Below are positions 13,338-25,251 of a stretch of DNA of 64,000 bases, piece after piece. The DNA comes from Podarcis muralis (taxonomy: Eukaryota), in contig NC_135671.1 of assembly GCF_964188315.1 (NCBI RefSeq), forward strand, positions 35,712,001 to 35,776,000, given 5' to 3'. Made by a program: the position numbers and the translations under genes. The stretch's first letter is position 1, and each line of letters starts with the position of its first letter. A model generated the notes under the pieces. It was not told the DNA's origin. It did not search any database and saw only the letters and a program-made list of their open reading frames with translations.

Positions 13338-13760
13338 TCAGGTGCAATGTGCTTTACACCAAAATGTGGTAAGTTAGCCCTGTGGCGTTCCTGGCCGGCA
13401 GAGACCCTGCTGCTCCTTCTACTAAGTGAGGCACTGAGCATCTCTGCCTTTAAGTCCTACCTTTATGGCATCCCTCCTGCCATGGGAGAGACAAATCATT
13501 TGGCACCCTAAACGGGGCTCCGGAAGAAGACACTCTTTCTCAGGGATGCTAATCCTGCCTCCAGCCTCTCTCCACACACCCCTTCCCGCGACCCGGGCCC
13601 TTTTGTAGTCTTCCTAATGGTCCTCTCCCCTCCCCTTATGGCTGCCGGCGCCCTGGGCTTTCAGCTGTATCCAATTAAGCGCCCTCCCCGGCCCACTGCA
13701 AGCAATATCTGATGGGCTCGGGAGAGCCGCGCTTCCCCGCTCGGTCTGGACCCGCTAAGT

Positions 13761-13918
13761 ATGGAGGGCGAGCTTTTCGTAGAAGGGCAGCTCCCGGAAT
13801 TCTCCGTCCTGCAGGATCTGCTCAGCCCGCCCTGCCTGGAATCCGAGGCAAGCAGCAGCCCCGGAGGGCCCAATCCGGCGGGCGCTGAGCCAGAAGCCGC
13901 CGCTCCCAGAGGATCCAG
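13761..13918 (+). CDS. ZGLP1: ZGLP1 putative first coding exon (MEGELFVEGQLPEFSVLQDLLSPPCL...)
   Basis: ATG in a CpG island; donor AG/GTTAGC at 13919. 158 nt phase 2 joins in frame to the acceptor at 16893/16894. Confidence 0.65.
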
Positions 13919-15471
13919 GTTAGCTCCTCTTGACACCTGCTCGTGAGAACGGGGCGAATCCAGATCAGTTGCCCCTAAAGGAGGGAGGATCCGAAGCTTC
14001 TTCTAGATCGGCCCCCGGGCACCGGTCCCTGACGGTAGGCAGGAGAATCCAATTTAACTTTAGGAGCCCATGGAGAGCAAGCGAGGGCTGCAGTCTGCGG
14101 ACGCTAAACTCCGCAGGGTTTACTTTCGAGTCAATGTCCATAACATCGGACTGTGCGGGCTGATCTATGCGTATGTCTTGCATGGGCGAAGTCATCGGGG
14201 TGCAGGGGAACAGTTGCACCCCCAAAGTCAAGTGAATAAATAAAATTTATTAATTAACTGACCGGTTGTCGCAGATAACTCGGTTCTACCAACCAACATA
14301 AAGTTGCCTCCCTAAAATAAATCCTGGCAACGCCCATGCTGCTAGGGAATAAATCCCCTTTATGGGAAGATTAAAAACTGCTTAGGATCGGCCTGCGAGA
14401 CCGATTCTTCTCGCGCTTCCTCGAAAGCAAGCCCCCACCTGGGCGTGCCGATGCTTACTCCCAAGTAGCCGCGCGTTCAGGGGACCGGCTTCCAAGTCAG
14501 CAAGCATTGGATCCGGCCTTCGGCGCAGCTCCACGAGCCGGCGTCTGCTCCTTGATCAAATCGGCTAGTGGATCCGACCCGAACTCTGCTCCCAGCCGGA
14601 AAAGGCGCCGTGCTGCTCGGGCTGCTCCTTCGCGCGCGCGCTGCCCCGGATCGCCAGCCCGCCAAGCGGCGCGAGCCTCCGCCATTGGCCGAGGACTCGG
14701 GCGTGGGAGGGGCGCCTGAGGGGAGAGGCAGCAGGAGGGCGGCTCCGGGGAGGTCAGTCGGGGGGGAGAGGACGGGCGAAGGGGGACGAGGCGCCGCCTC
14801 GGCAGGGCTGGTGAGACAGGCGCCGGTCCTTGGCGCAGCCCCGGGAGGAGCGGCGGCGGAGGGTCGCCCCAGCTGGGCGGGGCAGGGCGCCGTGGGCCTC
14901 CCCCAGGGTCTTTCCCAGGGGCCAGCCCCCCAGGGCGCGGCCTCGCCTCGCCTCAAAACCCGTTGGAAAGGAGCGCGAATGAACAGCTTCCACGAGTCCC
15001 TTCCGCCTGAGGGGAAAACCAGCGCTGAGGGTTCGCCTTCTTCCCCAGGTGGTTGAGCTCCAAACTCAGCCGCCCACATTACTCGAGGGATCCTCCTCAG
15101 AGTCGAGTTCCCCTTCCCTCTCATGCCCGCCTTCTGCTGAAGTGATCCTGGGAGATACAATGAGGGCCGTCAAGGGTCGTCTAGTCCTGCCACTAAGCTA
15201 CTGAAGGCAATGGGACCCTTTATATGTCTAGCTGTCCTTTGTCAACAACAAATTGTCGCCGTGTTTTGGGTTGAATACATGGTAATTTATGGACCTCATC
15301 GGTGTCTAAAGGCATTTGCACATCACAGAGTCGCTCCTCGTCCCGCCCCTTCAGCTAGTCTTGGAAGCGGGCAGCTCCGGGCTCGGCTTTTTAAAGACCT
15401 TCATTTCTGTACCTCAGGAGTAACGAAAATCAGTCCGTGGCTTCTCTCTCCTTCTGCCACACCCGCCCGCC

Positions 15472-15651
15472 CAGTGGCGTAGCGTGGGGGGTGCAGGGGG
15501 GGCCGGCCGCACCGGGCGCAACATTTGGGGTTAGGGCAAATCCACGGGTTAGGGGGCGCAAATCCACGGGTTAGGGGGCGCAAATCCACGGGTTAGGGGG
15601 CGCAAATTACTTGCCTTGCCCCGGGTGCTGACAACCCACGCTACGCCACTG
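15472..15651. mobile_element. hAT MITE, same family, with an internal 22-bp tandem repeat
   Basis: Perfect TIR, 8-bp TSD CGCCCGCC, about 3 copies of GGGTTAGGGGGCGCAAATCCAC. Confidence 0.9.
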
Positions 15652-16395
15652 CGCCCGCCCGCCCGCCCCCGAGTCGGGATAACTTGGGGAAGCTCCTTGG
15701 TTTCAGGAAGGTGCTCATTACAAGGAATTCCTGAACTTAAAAGCAACTGTTCGGAGTTACTTTTAAGTCCCTGCTTCCACAAGCCCAGGGCGCAGAAAGG
15801 CAGGTGGTGTGGGGGGATCTGGCCAAGGGGATCTAGAAGTATCTGACAGGTCGCAGGGAAGGATCCGCTCTCGCTCTGGAAGTGTGTCTAACGGGGCTGG
15901 CCGACCCGGTCCCGAATGGTGCCGCGCTGACCTGGGGCGCCCCCGGGCTGCTTTTGGCTTTTCTGCTCGCCGCCACAGCCCTCGGGTTCCATCTACTGGC
16001 TATCATTGGGAACCCTTAAAGAGCCCCGGGTGCTAACTGTGCGAGGAGGACACTGCTGCGAGTTAATCGGAGGCTTTGCTATTGCTGCAGCTCTGGAAAA
16101 AGCTGCGCTTGGTTTTGGCCACTAGCCCTTCCGTCCTGTCCTGGGGGGCTGAGGGCAGAGCGGAGGGTTTTTTTTTCCTTTGGGTTCGTTCCCTCGTGGC
16201 AGCAACCCACCCAGAGCCGCCCCGTGGGAACACGACCCGCGTGGATGTCGACCTGTGCTCACGATCTTGCCTTTCAAAGAGTTCGGGGAGGGGGGGACGC
16301 GATCTCCAAGCGCGAAGGTGCTCGCTCCGACGCCGGGCGGCTCTTCCCTCCCCCCCCCCCCCAATTTTTTAAATTAGTTTTCACACTATTATAAA

Positions 16396-16397
<2 letters not shown>

Positions 16398-16436
<39 letters not shown>
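16398..16436. repeat. (CA)n microsatellite
   Basis: Direct reading. Confidence 0.95.
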
Positions 16437-16438
<2 letters not shown>

Positions 16439-16486
16439 CAAACATAAATCATAGCCTTATTAAAAATTACACTTATTAACTTTAGT

Positions 16487-16718
16487 TACAGATAGGTAGC
16501 CGTGTTGGTCTGCCATAGTCAAAACAAAAAAAATTCCTTCCAGTAGCACCTTAAAGACCAACTAAGTTAGTTCTTGGTATGAGCTTTCGTGTGCATGCAT
16601 CTGAAGAAGTGTGCATGCACGTATCTGAAGAAGTGTGCATGCACACGAAAGCTCATACCAAGAACTAACTTAGTTGGTCTTTAAGGTGCTACTGGAAGGA
16701 ATTTTTTTTGTTTTGACT
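16487..16718. mobile_element. Penelope-like terminal repeat in inverted (fold-back) arrangement
   Basis: 83-bp perfect inverted repeat (16517-16599 / 16636-16718) of the PLE terminus. Confidence 0.9.
16621..16659 (+). ncRNA. Minimal type-I hammerhead ribozyme motif (PLE-associated)
   Basis: Same core, preceded by a partial tandem core at about 16599-16620. Confidence 0.68.
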
Positions 16719-16893
16719 TATTAACTTTGTTCAGTGACTTCCTCGCTTCCCCTTGGTTGAATTTCATTGCATGTCCTTTTAACGGGTTTCCAAATCCCAG
16801 TTCTTATGAAATTTAACTGAAACGTTAACATCCTTAGATCTTCACCTTATGGAATTAAACATATTCCCGGCTCTGCTTCTCCCTCCTCCGCAG

Positions 16894-17406
16894 GTGCGAG
16901 CCCCTCGGCGCCATGGCCTGCTGCCTCCAGCTCTCGGACCCCAGCGCGCTCAGCTTCCTGCAGGAGACCGCCCAGCTGCTCTCCCCGCCGGAGCCCATGG
17001 GCAGAAAGCCAGACAGGCCGGCGGGCCGGGACGCTCTCGAGCCCTTGGATGCCCTGAGCCTCATCAGCCTGCACTGCGCCAGCCTCGGCGCCAAGCCCGC
17101 GGATCGGGGCGAGCGCGCAGAGCCCGGCGCGGCTGCCCGGGAGAGAATCCCCGGCGCCCCCGCCAAAGGGCTCCCCGCCCGGCGCCAGCGCGCAATCGGC
17201 GCGGAGGCGCAGCGCGGGACGGACGCCTTCCCTGCGGCCGAGTCGCCGCGGGCCGGGAGGCGAGTCTCCCGCAAGCAGCCCAGACCCCAGCGGAGCTGCG
17301 AGGCCAGGGACGCCGCCTTCCAGGGGGTCACGTTTCGGATGCAGCTGAGCTTCTGCCGAAAGAGCTCCGGGGGTTGTCGGCTCCTCATCCGCCCGCGATA
17401 CAGCAG
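16894..17406 (+). CDS. ZGLP1: ZGLP1 (GATA-type zinc finger protein 1) large coding exon
   Basis: Strong acceptor ctccctcctccgcAG. SALSFLQETAQLL and RKQPRPQRSCEARDAAFQGVTFRMQL match recalled ZGLP1 motifs (ALCFLQET; RKQLNPCRG..DPGFEGVTL). Donor GTACAG at 17407; in-frame ATG at 16913. Confidence 0.88.
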
Positions 17407-17673
17407 GTACAGCCGCCACCCTGGGAAAGAGCAGGTTGCGTTTCTCTTCTGTTTGGATGCAAAAGCAAAGCCGGCATGAGATGTTTCATGAGATGCTTTG
17501 CTTTTTCCGCCTCGTCTTTAACTGCCCCTTAGATCCCCAAGAGGGCATAGATGTACCTCCTGTAGTCTGCTTCTATGGCAGTTCCCAGGCCATTCAATGG
17601 GAAGACAGGCAGACGTCTTGTGGTAAGGAGGAGGCCTAACGCTTCGCCTGATGGGGGAGTACTTGCAGGATAG

Positions 17674-18035
17674 GTAAAGGTAAAGGTACCCCTGCCCATA
17701 CGGGCCAGTCTTGACAGACTCTGGGGTTGTGCGCCCATCTCACTCAAGAGGCCGGGGGCCAGCGCTGTCCAAAGACACTTCCGGGTCACGTGGCTAGCGT
17801 GACAAAGCTGCATCTGGCGAGCCAGCGCAGCACACGGAAACACCGTTTACCTTCCCGCTGGTAAGCGGTCCCTATTTATCTACTTGCACCCGGGGGTGCT
17901 TTCGAACTGCTAGGTTGGCAGGCGCTGGGATCGAGCAGCGGGGGCGCACCCCGCCGTGGGGAATCGAACCGCCGACCTTTCGATCGGCAAGCTCTAGGTG
18001 CTGAGGCTTTTACCCACAGTGCCACCCGCGTCCCA
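17674..18035 (-). mobile_element. Sauria SINE (Squam1), young subfamily
   Basis: tRNA-derived head with B-box, (ACCTTT)n tail, 13-bp TSD ACTTGCAGGATAG. Confidence 0.92.
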
Positions 18036-18082
18036 ACTTGCAGGATAGCCAGACCTAAACACAGGCAGCCTAATATGTTTGA

Positions 18083-18445
18083 GGGATGTGGGTGGTGCTG
18101 TGGGTTAAACCACAGAGCCTAGGATTTGCCGATCAGAAGGTTGGCAGTTCAAATCCCCACGACGGGGTGAGCTCCCGTTGTTTGGTCCCTGCTCCTGCCA
18201 ACCTAGCAGTTTGAAAGCACGTCAAAGTGCAAGTAGATAAATAGGTACCGCTCCAGTGGGAAGGTAAACGGTGGCGTTTCCGTGCGCTGCTTTGGTTTGC
18301 CAGAAGTGGCTTAGTCATGCTGGCCACATGACCCAGAAGCTGTACGCCGGCTCCCTCGGCCAATAAAGCGAGATGAGCGCAACAACCCCAGAGTTGGTCA
18401 CGACCGGACCTAATGGTCAGGGGTCCTTTTACCTTTTACCTTTTT
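18083..18445 (+). mobile_element. Sauria SINE (Squam1)
   Basis: Full length, 12-bp TSD TAATATGTTTGA. Confidence 0.92.
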
Positions 18446-19249
18446 TAATATGTTTGAAGTTAATGTGTGACCTCCAGCCGCATTCATACTCAAGAAGAAA
18501 TCTAATGAAATCAATGAACTCCAGTCTTCTCTCAGTATGAATAACACTGGAGTCGAAAATGGATTTTTGTTAAATTAAAAAGCACCTAGTATAACAGCAC
18601 TTTTGTATTTATTGGTTGGATTTCTGAAAGGCAAGGGCAGATTTCCCGCTCAGTTAACAACCAAGGTGAATCTTCTTGGCACAGGATATGTTGACTTAAG
18701 ATTAAGTTATTAATCTTATTACTATTATAATTATTATTAAGTTATTAGTGCTTGCATGATGTAGTTTTACAAAGGACTTAAATGTATTTAGAAGTCTTTT
18801 TTTAACAAAAAACAGCATGGCAGGGATTGGCCAAATTGGACTGAAAGCATAGCATGGAAGGAAGAGGTGTTTTGCCCCTTAACATCCTGAGAATAAAAGT
18901 TCAGAGGAGACAATTTCAACTAACAACTTATGTCTTCCTGAGTGAAAATATATTGCCTCTTTCTTAGAACACTGAATAAAACAAATTCTATTCAACATGC
19001 TGGAAGGGTGATTAATGCTGCTGTATTTTCAACCACACCTGTGATGTAATTTTGACATGTTCATTTAACACACTATTATACCACTTTAAGCAGCCATTGC
19101 TTCCCCACAAGGAATCTTGGGAACTGTAGTTTGTTAAGGGTGCTGAGAGTTGTTCTCCTCCCTTCTCCTCACAGAACTACAATTTCCAGAGTGGTTTAAT
19201 AATCAATCCCTCTGCCCAGGGAACTGTAGCTCTGTGAGTGGAATATCCC

Positions 19250-19668
19250 AATCTGGTGATAACAGAATGATGCAAGGAGTGAGCTGCAGCCCAATATAGG
19301 AAAAGAGGTGGTAAGTGAACCCCTAGCTACTTTAAATGAATTCAGATCTCCAGGGACTGATGAGATGCACCCAAGGGTACTAAAGGAGCTTGCAGATGTA
19401 ATCTCAGAGCCTCTGTCTATAATCTTTGAGAATTCTTGGAGAACAGGTGATATCCCTGCAGACTGGAGGCAGGCAAATGTTGTCCCCACCTTCAAAAAGG
19501 AGAGAAAAGAAGAACCAGGTAACAACTGACTGGTGAGCTTGACCTCAATACCAGGAAAGGTCCTAGAAAAATAATTCAGCAGTTAGTCTGTGAGCACTTA
19601 GAAAATGATGCTGTGATTACTAAGACTCAGCATGGGTTTCTCAAAAACAAATCATGCCAGACAAGTCT

Positions 19669-19714
<46 letters not shown>

Positions 19715-21535
19715 AAATTACAAGCTGGATGGATCAGGGGAATGTTGTGGATGTAGTGTATCTTGATTTCAATAAGGCTTTTCACAAAGTCCCCCACGAT
19801 ACTCTTGCAGAGAAGCTGGCAGAATATGGGCTGAATGAGGTTACTGTTAGGAGGATTTGTAGCTAGTTGACTGACTGAGCCCAAAGAGTACTGATTAATG
19901 GTTCCTCATCATCCTAGAAAAAGGGACAAGTGGGGTGCCACAGGGTTCTGTCCTGGGCGCAACATCTTTATAAACAACTTGGATGAAGGAATTGAGGGGA
20001 TGCTCATCCAATTTGCAGATGACACCTAACTGGGAGGGGTAGCTAATACCACAGAAGACAGAGTGGGGATTCATAATGACATTAACAGATTGGAGAACTG
20101 GGCCAAAACTAACAAAATTAATTTCAGTTAGAACAAATGTAAGGTTCTACACTTAGGAAGGAAGAACCAACTGCACAAATATAAGATGGAGGACACCTGG
20201 TTTACCAAGTGTGAAAGGGATCTAGGGGTCTCTGTGGATCAAAAGCTTAGTATGAGTCAACAGTGTGATGCAGCAGCAAAAAAAGATAATGCCATTCTAG
20301 GCTGCATCAACAGAAGTATAGTGTTTAGATCAAGAGAAGTAATAGTCCCACTCTATTCTGCCTTGGTCAGACCCCACCTGGAATACTGGGTACCACAATT
20401 TAAGAAGGATATTGACAAGCTGAAATGTGTGTAGAGGAGGGCAGTCAAGATGATCAAGGGACTGAGATCTGATAGTCATCTTCAACTATCTTAAGGATTG
20501 TCACATGGAAGATGGAGCAAGCTTGTTTTCTCCTGCTCTGTAGGGTAGGACCTTTACCAATGGATACAAGTTACAAGAAAGATTCCAAATCAACATCAGG
20601 AAGACCTTTCTGACAGTAAGAGCTGTTTGACAGTGGACTAGACTCCTTCATTGGAGGTTTTAAGCATCTGTAATGGAAGCTTTAGTTGAGATTTGTCCAT
20701 TACAGGGGGTAGGACTAAATTACCCTTGGGGTCCCTTCTAACACTATGATTCTGTGATTCTATGGGAAGGGTAGCTAATGCCACAGAATAAGGCTTCAGT
20801 GTGATTGTAACAGATTGGAGAACTGGGCCCAAACTAAAAAAATGAAAATCAACAGGGACAAATGTCAGGTTCTGCACTTAGGCAGGAAGAACCAGCTGCA
20901 CAAATATAAGCTGAGGGACACCTGGCTTGCTAGTAGTACATGTGAAAAGGATCTAGGGGTCTTTGTAGACCACAAACTGAACGTGAGTCAACAGTGTGAT
21001 GCAGCAGCAAAAAAAGCTCATGCTATTTTGCATCAACAGAAGTCTAGTTTCCCAATCAAAGGAACTAATAGTACCACTCTATTCTGCCTTGGTCAGACCA
21101 CACCTGGAATATTGTGTCAAGTTCTGGGCACCTCAATTTAAGGAGGATATTGAAAGGCTGGAACATGTGCAGATGAGGGCAACCAAGATGATCAAGGGTC
21201 TGGAAACCAAGCCTTATGAGGAACAGTTGAGGGAGCCATCTTCAAACAGCTGAAGGGGTGTCTGTCACATGAAAGATGGAGTAAGTTTGTTTTTTTTGCT
21301 TTGGGACCTGAACTATTGGATTCAATGGAAGGACTAAACATCAGGAAGAACTTTCTGATGGTAAGAGCTGTTTGACAGTGGAATGGGTGGACTCTCTGTT
21401 CTTGGAGGTTTTTGAACACTGGTTGGATGGCCATCTGTCATGGATGCTTTAGTTAATATTACTTCATTGCAGGGCATTGGTCTATAGATGACCCTTGGGG
21501 TTCTTTCCAAGTCCACAATATATGATTCTATGAAT
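19250..21535 (+). mobile_element. Two tandem CR1 LINE fragments (about 19250-20760 and 20761-21535)
   Basis: [52 protein letters not shown]; CR1 tails near 20750 and 21530. Confidence 0.9.
19669..19711. repeat. (TG)n microsatellite inside CR1
   Basis: Direct reading. Confidence 0.95.
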
Positions 21536-22379
21536 AGGGGTACTCCAATAACTCTCAGCATCCTTTACAATTTTCTGGATTCTTTTGGGAGAAAAGAGGC
21601 AGTGTGGTGTAATGGTTTGAGTCTTGGGCTAGGACCTGGATTACCTCACAGGGTTGTCGTGAAGATAAAATGGGGGGGGGGTGCATGTACGTACACCACC
21701 TTGAGCTTCTTGGGGGAAATGTGAGGTGCAAATGTAATATACAGTATATATATGCCATGATTATTTAAAGTGGTGTAATAGTGCTTTAAATGTATGGGGC
21801 AGAGGAGCCTTAACTCTGAAGTATTTTCAGTCAGGGAAGGTAAATGTAATTGTAGCTCCATTTCTGGGATGAGTTACATATAACTGGTAGCTGCAGGCTT
21901 TAAATACCTGGGTCTTTAAATACATAAATTTAAACAGGCTTTAAATACCTGGGTCTGATTTTACTACTCCACAGGCTTTCATATTCATTAATGTTTTCTT
22001 TTAAGCATGTGTTGTATGGTATAATTCTAGTAACCCTCGCTTATTTTGCTTCTGTCTGTAATGGAAGTGGATTAAGTGGCAAATGATGATTCTAGGAGAT
22101 GTCACAGGTTTCAAATCCCTCACTCAGCAATAGATTATTTAGAATGATGTTTAGGTGTCCTTGAATGCATGACTCACCTCTCAGCCTCAGTTCCCCAATC
22201 ACCAAAATGGGAATAAGGTGGCCTGTCCTAGAATGACTGAAGACACGTGAGATGAGGAAAAGGGTTGTTGGTTCTCTTGAGTCTCAGGAATCACTGCAGA
22301 GTGCAAAACTAAGTCAATTAGTTTAGAAATTAGATTTCTGAAGCAGATCTAAAATGCTATACATCTAATCTGTGTTCAG

Positions 22380-22474
22380 TGGAAAACTTGGGAAAAGAAG
22401 CCGAACCCCTTTAGCGAGAGAAGAATGCAGAGCTGGCAGTTCCAAGGAGGAAGAAGGATGTCCCTCTACCCACA
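22380..22474 (+). CDS. ZGLP1: ZGLP1 linker exon (SGKLGKRSRTPLAREECRAGSSKEEEGCPSTH)
   Basis: tgtgttcAG acceptor and GTATGT donor. 95 nt bridges phase 2 to phase 1 exactly, with an open frame. Confidence 0.75.
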
Positions 22475-22974
22475 GTATGTCAATAATTTAGGCAATAAAT
22501 ACTTGTAGTATCAGCTGGCAATATTTGGGATACTAAGGACAAAAGAAAAGCTTGTGGTGATAATTTTTTCTCCAGGAGAAGTACAGAGTGGGGAGGGTTT
22601 TCTCCCACTTGCTAAGCATGCGGTTTTTCTGTAGCAAACCAATGAACGTTGTTGTTTCACCTATTGGTAAGGCTAGTTTTTTAAAAAAAAACAAAAACAA
22701 GGGAGGGGGAGAGAAAGAGAGGAAGTAAATGGGTGCCCCTCCCCTATTTCAATGTATGAATTTATTTTTTTAGAAAACCATCCATCCCAGAGTCGCTTCA
22801 CGCCATTAGTGGCTGCTGTAATAAACCCACAGGCGCGAGGGGTTACTTCCCTAAATACTCAGTATGCCTTAACGGTGGGTTGTGCTGAACTAAGTGTAGC
22901 CATGTGCAACTTTGCTAAACACTTTAAGGGCTTACTGTGGGAAAGGCAAGTGAAGCTGGGCTGCTGTATCATCA

Positions 22975-23215
22975 GAGCCAGTGTGGTGGTGTGGTTAAGA
23001 GTGGTGGACTCATAATCTGGTGAACCGGGTTCGATTCCTCACTCCTCCACATGCAGCTGCTGGGTGACCTTGGGCTAGTCACACTTCTCTGAAGTCTCTC
23101 AGCCTCACTCACCTCACAGAGTGTTTGCTGTGGGGGAGGAAGGGAAAAGGAGACTGTTAGCTGCTTTGAGACTCCTTCGGGTAGTGATAAAGCGGGATAT
23201 CAAATCCAAATTTCT
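22975..23215 (+). mobile_element. tRNA-derived SINE (Squam3-like)
   Basis: A-box TGGTGTGGTTAAGAGTG, B-box GGTTCGATTCC; a paralog lies at 49953. Confidence 0.75.
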
Positions 23216-23491
23216 TTCTTCTTCTTCTGACCTCTCAGTCTGATCACTACTCAGCTGATCAGAGTAACTTTTATTCACATTTTGAAATGCTGTTCTGGAA
23301 TCTTTTGATGAAGTAATATTCCAAATAAAGTATGCCAGGCTGTTTGAAATTAATACGCATGAGGGAGGTGCTTTGAACATCCAATAAGCATTAAGTACTG
23401 TTTATAATAAGATTTGTATTAATCCATTAAATACCACCCAGGGTTGTGGCTTATAAACTGCTATTTGACCCAGTTGCCCTTTGTCTTTAAG

Positions 23492-23585
23492 GGGATAAGT
23501 GCTGTGCTTCTTGCAAGACCAGGAAAACACCACTATGGAGAGATGCTGAAGATGGGACCCCCCTCTGTAATGCTTGTGGCATTAG
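23492..23585 (+). CDS. ZGLP1: ZGLP1 GATA zinc-finger exon (DKCCASCKTRKTPLWRDAEDGTPLCNACGI)
   Basis: C-X2-C-X17-C-X2-C GATA finger with the TPLWRDAEDGTPLCNACG string recalled from ZGLP1; AG/GT bounded. Confidence 0.95.
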
Positions 23586-24492
23586 GTACCTTATGACTGC
23601 TGAAATAGCATGGCGTATTTCTTGTTGGTTTCCTTAAAAGGTATGCCCAGCATATCTTCTGGCAGTGCAAAAAGTTTAAAAGATAATACACAACAGCACT
23701 GAGTACAACTTGCCATGTAGCCTGAAAAGGCTCTTCTCTGTTATCTGAAGCCAGATTTAGAAGCGATTGCAGCTCTCCTAGCGACAGCTAGAATTTGCAT
23801 CGCTAAATACTGGAAGTCTGAAGCAATTCATTAGTTGAAAGATGGGCTGGAGAAGACACAGCAAGTGTTAACATGCATTCAGATGACATGCTAAATCACA
23901 TAAGCCAGAAACCAACATGAGCATAAGTTCTTAGAGTATTGGGTGCTGTGTGATTGTGGAATGAAGGAGTTGAGGACAATACCTTTACAGCTTATCCTCA
24001 GTGATCTGACTCGTAGATACTCTTTCTTATTCTTCCCCTCATTTGTGGCATCTGCTAGTATTATTTTAATATTTCAATAGGCTAAGATACTTACCTGTGT
24101 AATGGTGTCTAATGAACTCTGCCATTCTTCTCTCCATTTATTTTTGATTTTTCACTATATAGGCACCCCCCTCAAAAAAAGCGATGATGAGACAAAAGCG
24201 ATGATCTGAACTGCATGGCAATATTAAAGCATTTATCTGAGCTTTTTTTTTTTTTTAAAGAATAAAGTCATACCCAACTTTTCACCACAAATTTTTAAAA
24301 GCTACAATGGTCAAAATTTTATATATTGAAGAGTAACACATTAGAACAGTATGTATTGTGCAAGAGCATCCTGAAATAAAACAACTTAACCTGTTTGTTC
24401 AAGGCTTATTCATCTAAAAGGGTCTAACAGTTACCACTGTACAGAAACAAGCTGTAACAAATTAAGGTCGTCAAACCTTAACAAACAAACAA

Positions 24493-24792
24493 AGGTCGGC
24501 AGTTCGAATCTCTGCAACGGGGTGAGCTCCCGTTGTTCGGTCCCAGCTCCTGCCCACCTAGCAGTTCGAAAGCACGTCAAGTGCAAGTAGATAAATAGGT
24601 ACCGTTCCAGGCGGGAAGGTAAATGGTGTTTCTATGCGCTGCTCTGGTTCGCCAGAAGCGGCTTAGTCATGCTGGCCACATGACCTGGAAGCAGTCTGCG
24701 GACAAACGCTGGCTCCCTTGGCCTATAGAGCAAGATGAGCGCACAACCCCAGAGTCATCCGTGACTGGATCTGGGGTCCCTTTACCTTTACA
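24493..24792 (+). mobile_element. Sauria SINE, 5'-truncated
   Basis: Similar to 18083-18445, with a TTTACCTTTA tail. Confidence 0.85.
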
Positions 24793-25115
24793 GTATATAA
24801 CAGGCCACAGCACTTGAGGCCATTGCAGTCTGTGTGCCACGCTCAGTGAAGCCCCAACACTATGCTGATTGACCTTTATCATATGCCACCATCACCTTTC
24901 ATTCCTATATCCTGGCATCTGGTGTCCGAAGCCTGATGTTTCACCTGACACCCCTCTGAAAGATGATGCATCTCCGCTTTCATGCCATTTGGAATTAACT
25001 GGGAGATTAAGTTGCGCCGGGGGCGGGGGGGGGGGGGAGAAGGTTACTACAGTCAGACCTAAATGAATGGAATGACCTGCCACATGCCTTAATCAACTCT
25101 GTTTTTGACCTTCAG

Positions 25116-25251
25116 GTACAAAAAGTACAGAATCCGGTGTTTTCAGTGCTGGAATATTCCAAAGCATGGTGGGAATCCCTTTTCTCATTGTTCCAGTTGT
25201 GGACGCAGGCTGCATTTAGTTGCTGCCCAGGAGAAATCTCGGAAAAGGTAA
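25116..25251 (+). CDS. ZGLP1: ZGLP1 last coding exon (YKKYRIRCFQCWNIPKHGGNPFSHCSSCG...RKR*)
   Basis: ttcAG acceptor; YKKY plus C-X2-C-X13-C-X2-C as in ZGLP1. Total CDS 996 nt (331 aa). AATAAA near 26370 and 26440. Confidence 0.92.

Larger units (their letters stand above)
13560..17450. promoter_or_regulatory. CpG island spanning the ZGLP1 promoter, intron 1 and exon 2
   Basis: Dense CpG and GC-box content, CCAAT near 13672, GCCATTGG near 14681. Confidence 0.75.

Noticed and set aside
13965-14231. 88-aa minus ORF with protein-like composition
   Set aside because: Starts at a non-ATG codon, has no recognisable homology and no supporting exon chain; not callable without a search.
15535-15605. 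Interstitial telomeric repeat (GGGTTAG)
   Set aside because: Single heptamers inside a 22-bp MITE unit, not (TTAGGG)n arrays.
14477-16377. Many overlapping GC-rich ORFs (60-227 aa) on both strands in ZGLP1 intron 1
   Set aside because: Expected stop-poor frames in a CpG island; low-complexity Ala/Arg/Pro/Gly with no recognisable domain.
16847-17532. Long antisense and alternative-frame ORFs over ZGLP1 exon 2
   Set aside because: Shadows of a GC-rich coding exon.
22975-23050. tRNA gene (A/B boxes; also at 18083, 28607 and 49953)
   Set aside because: Heads of tRNA-derived SINEs with SINE bodies and TSDs; no complete cloverleaf.
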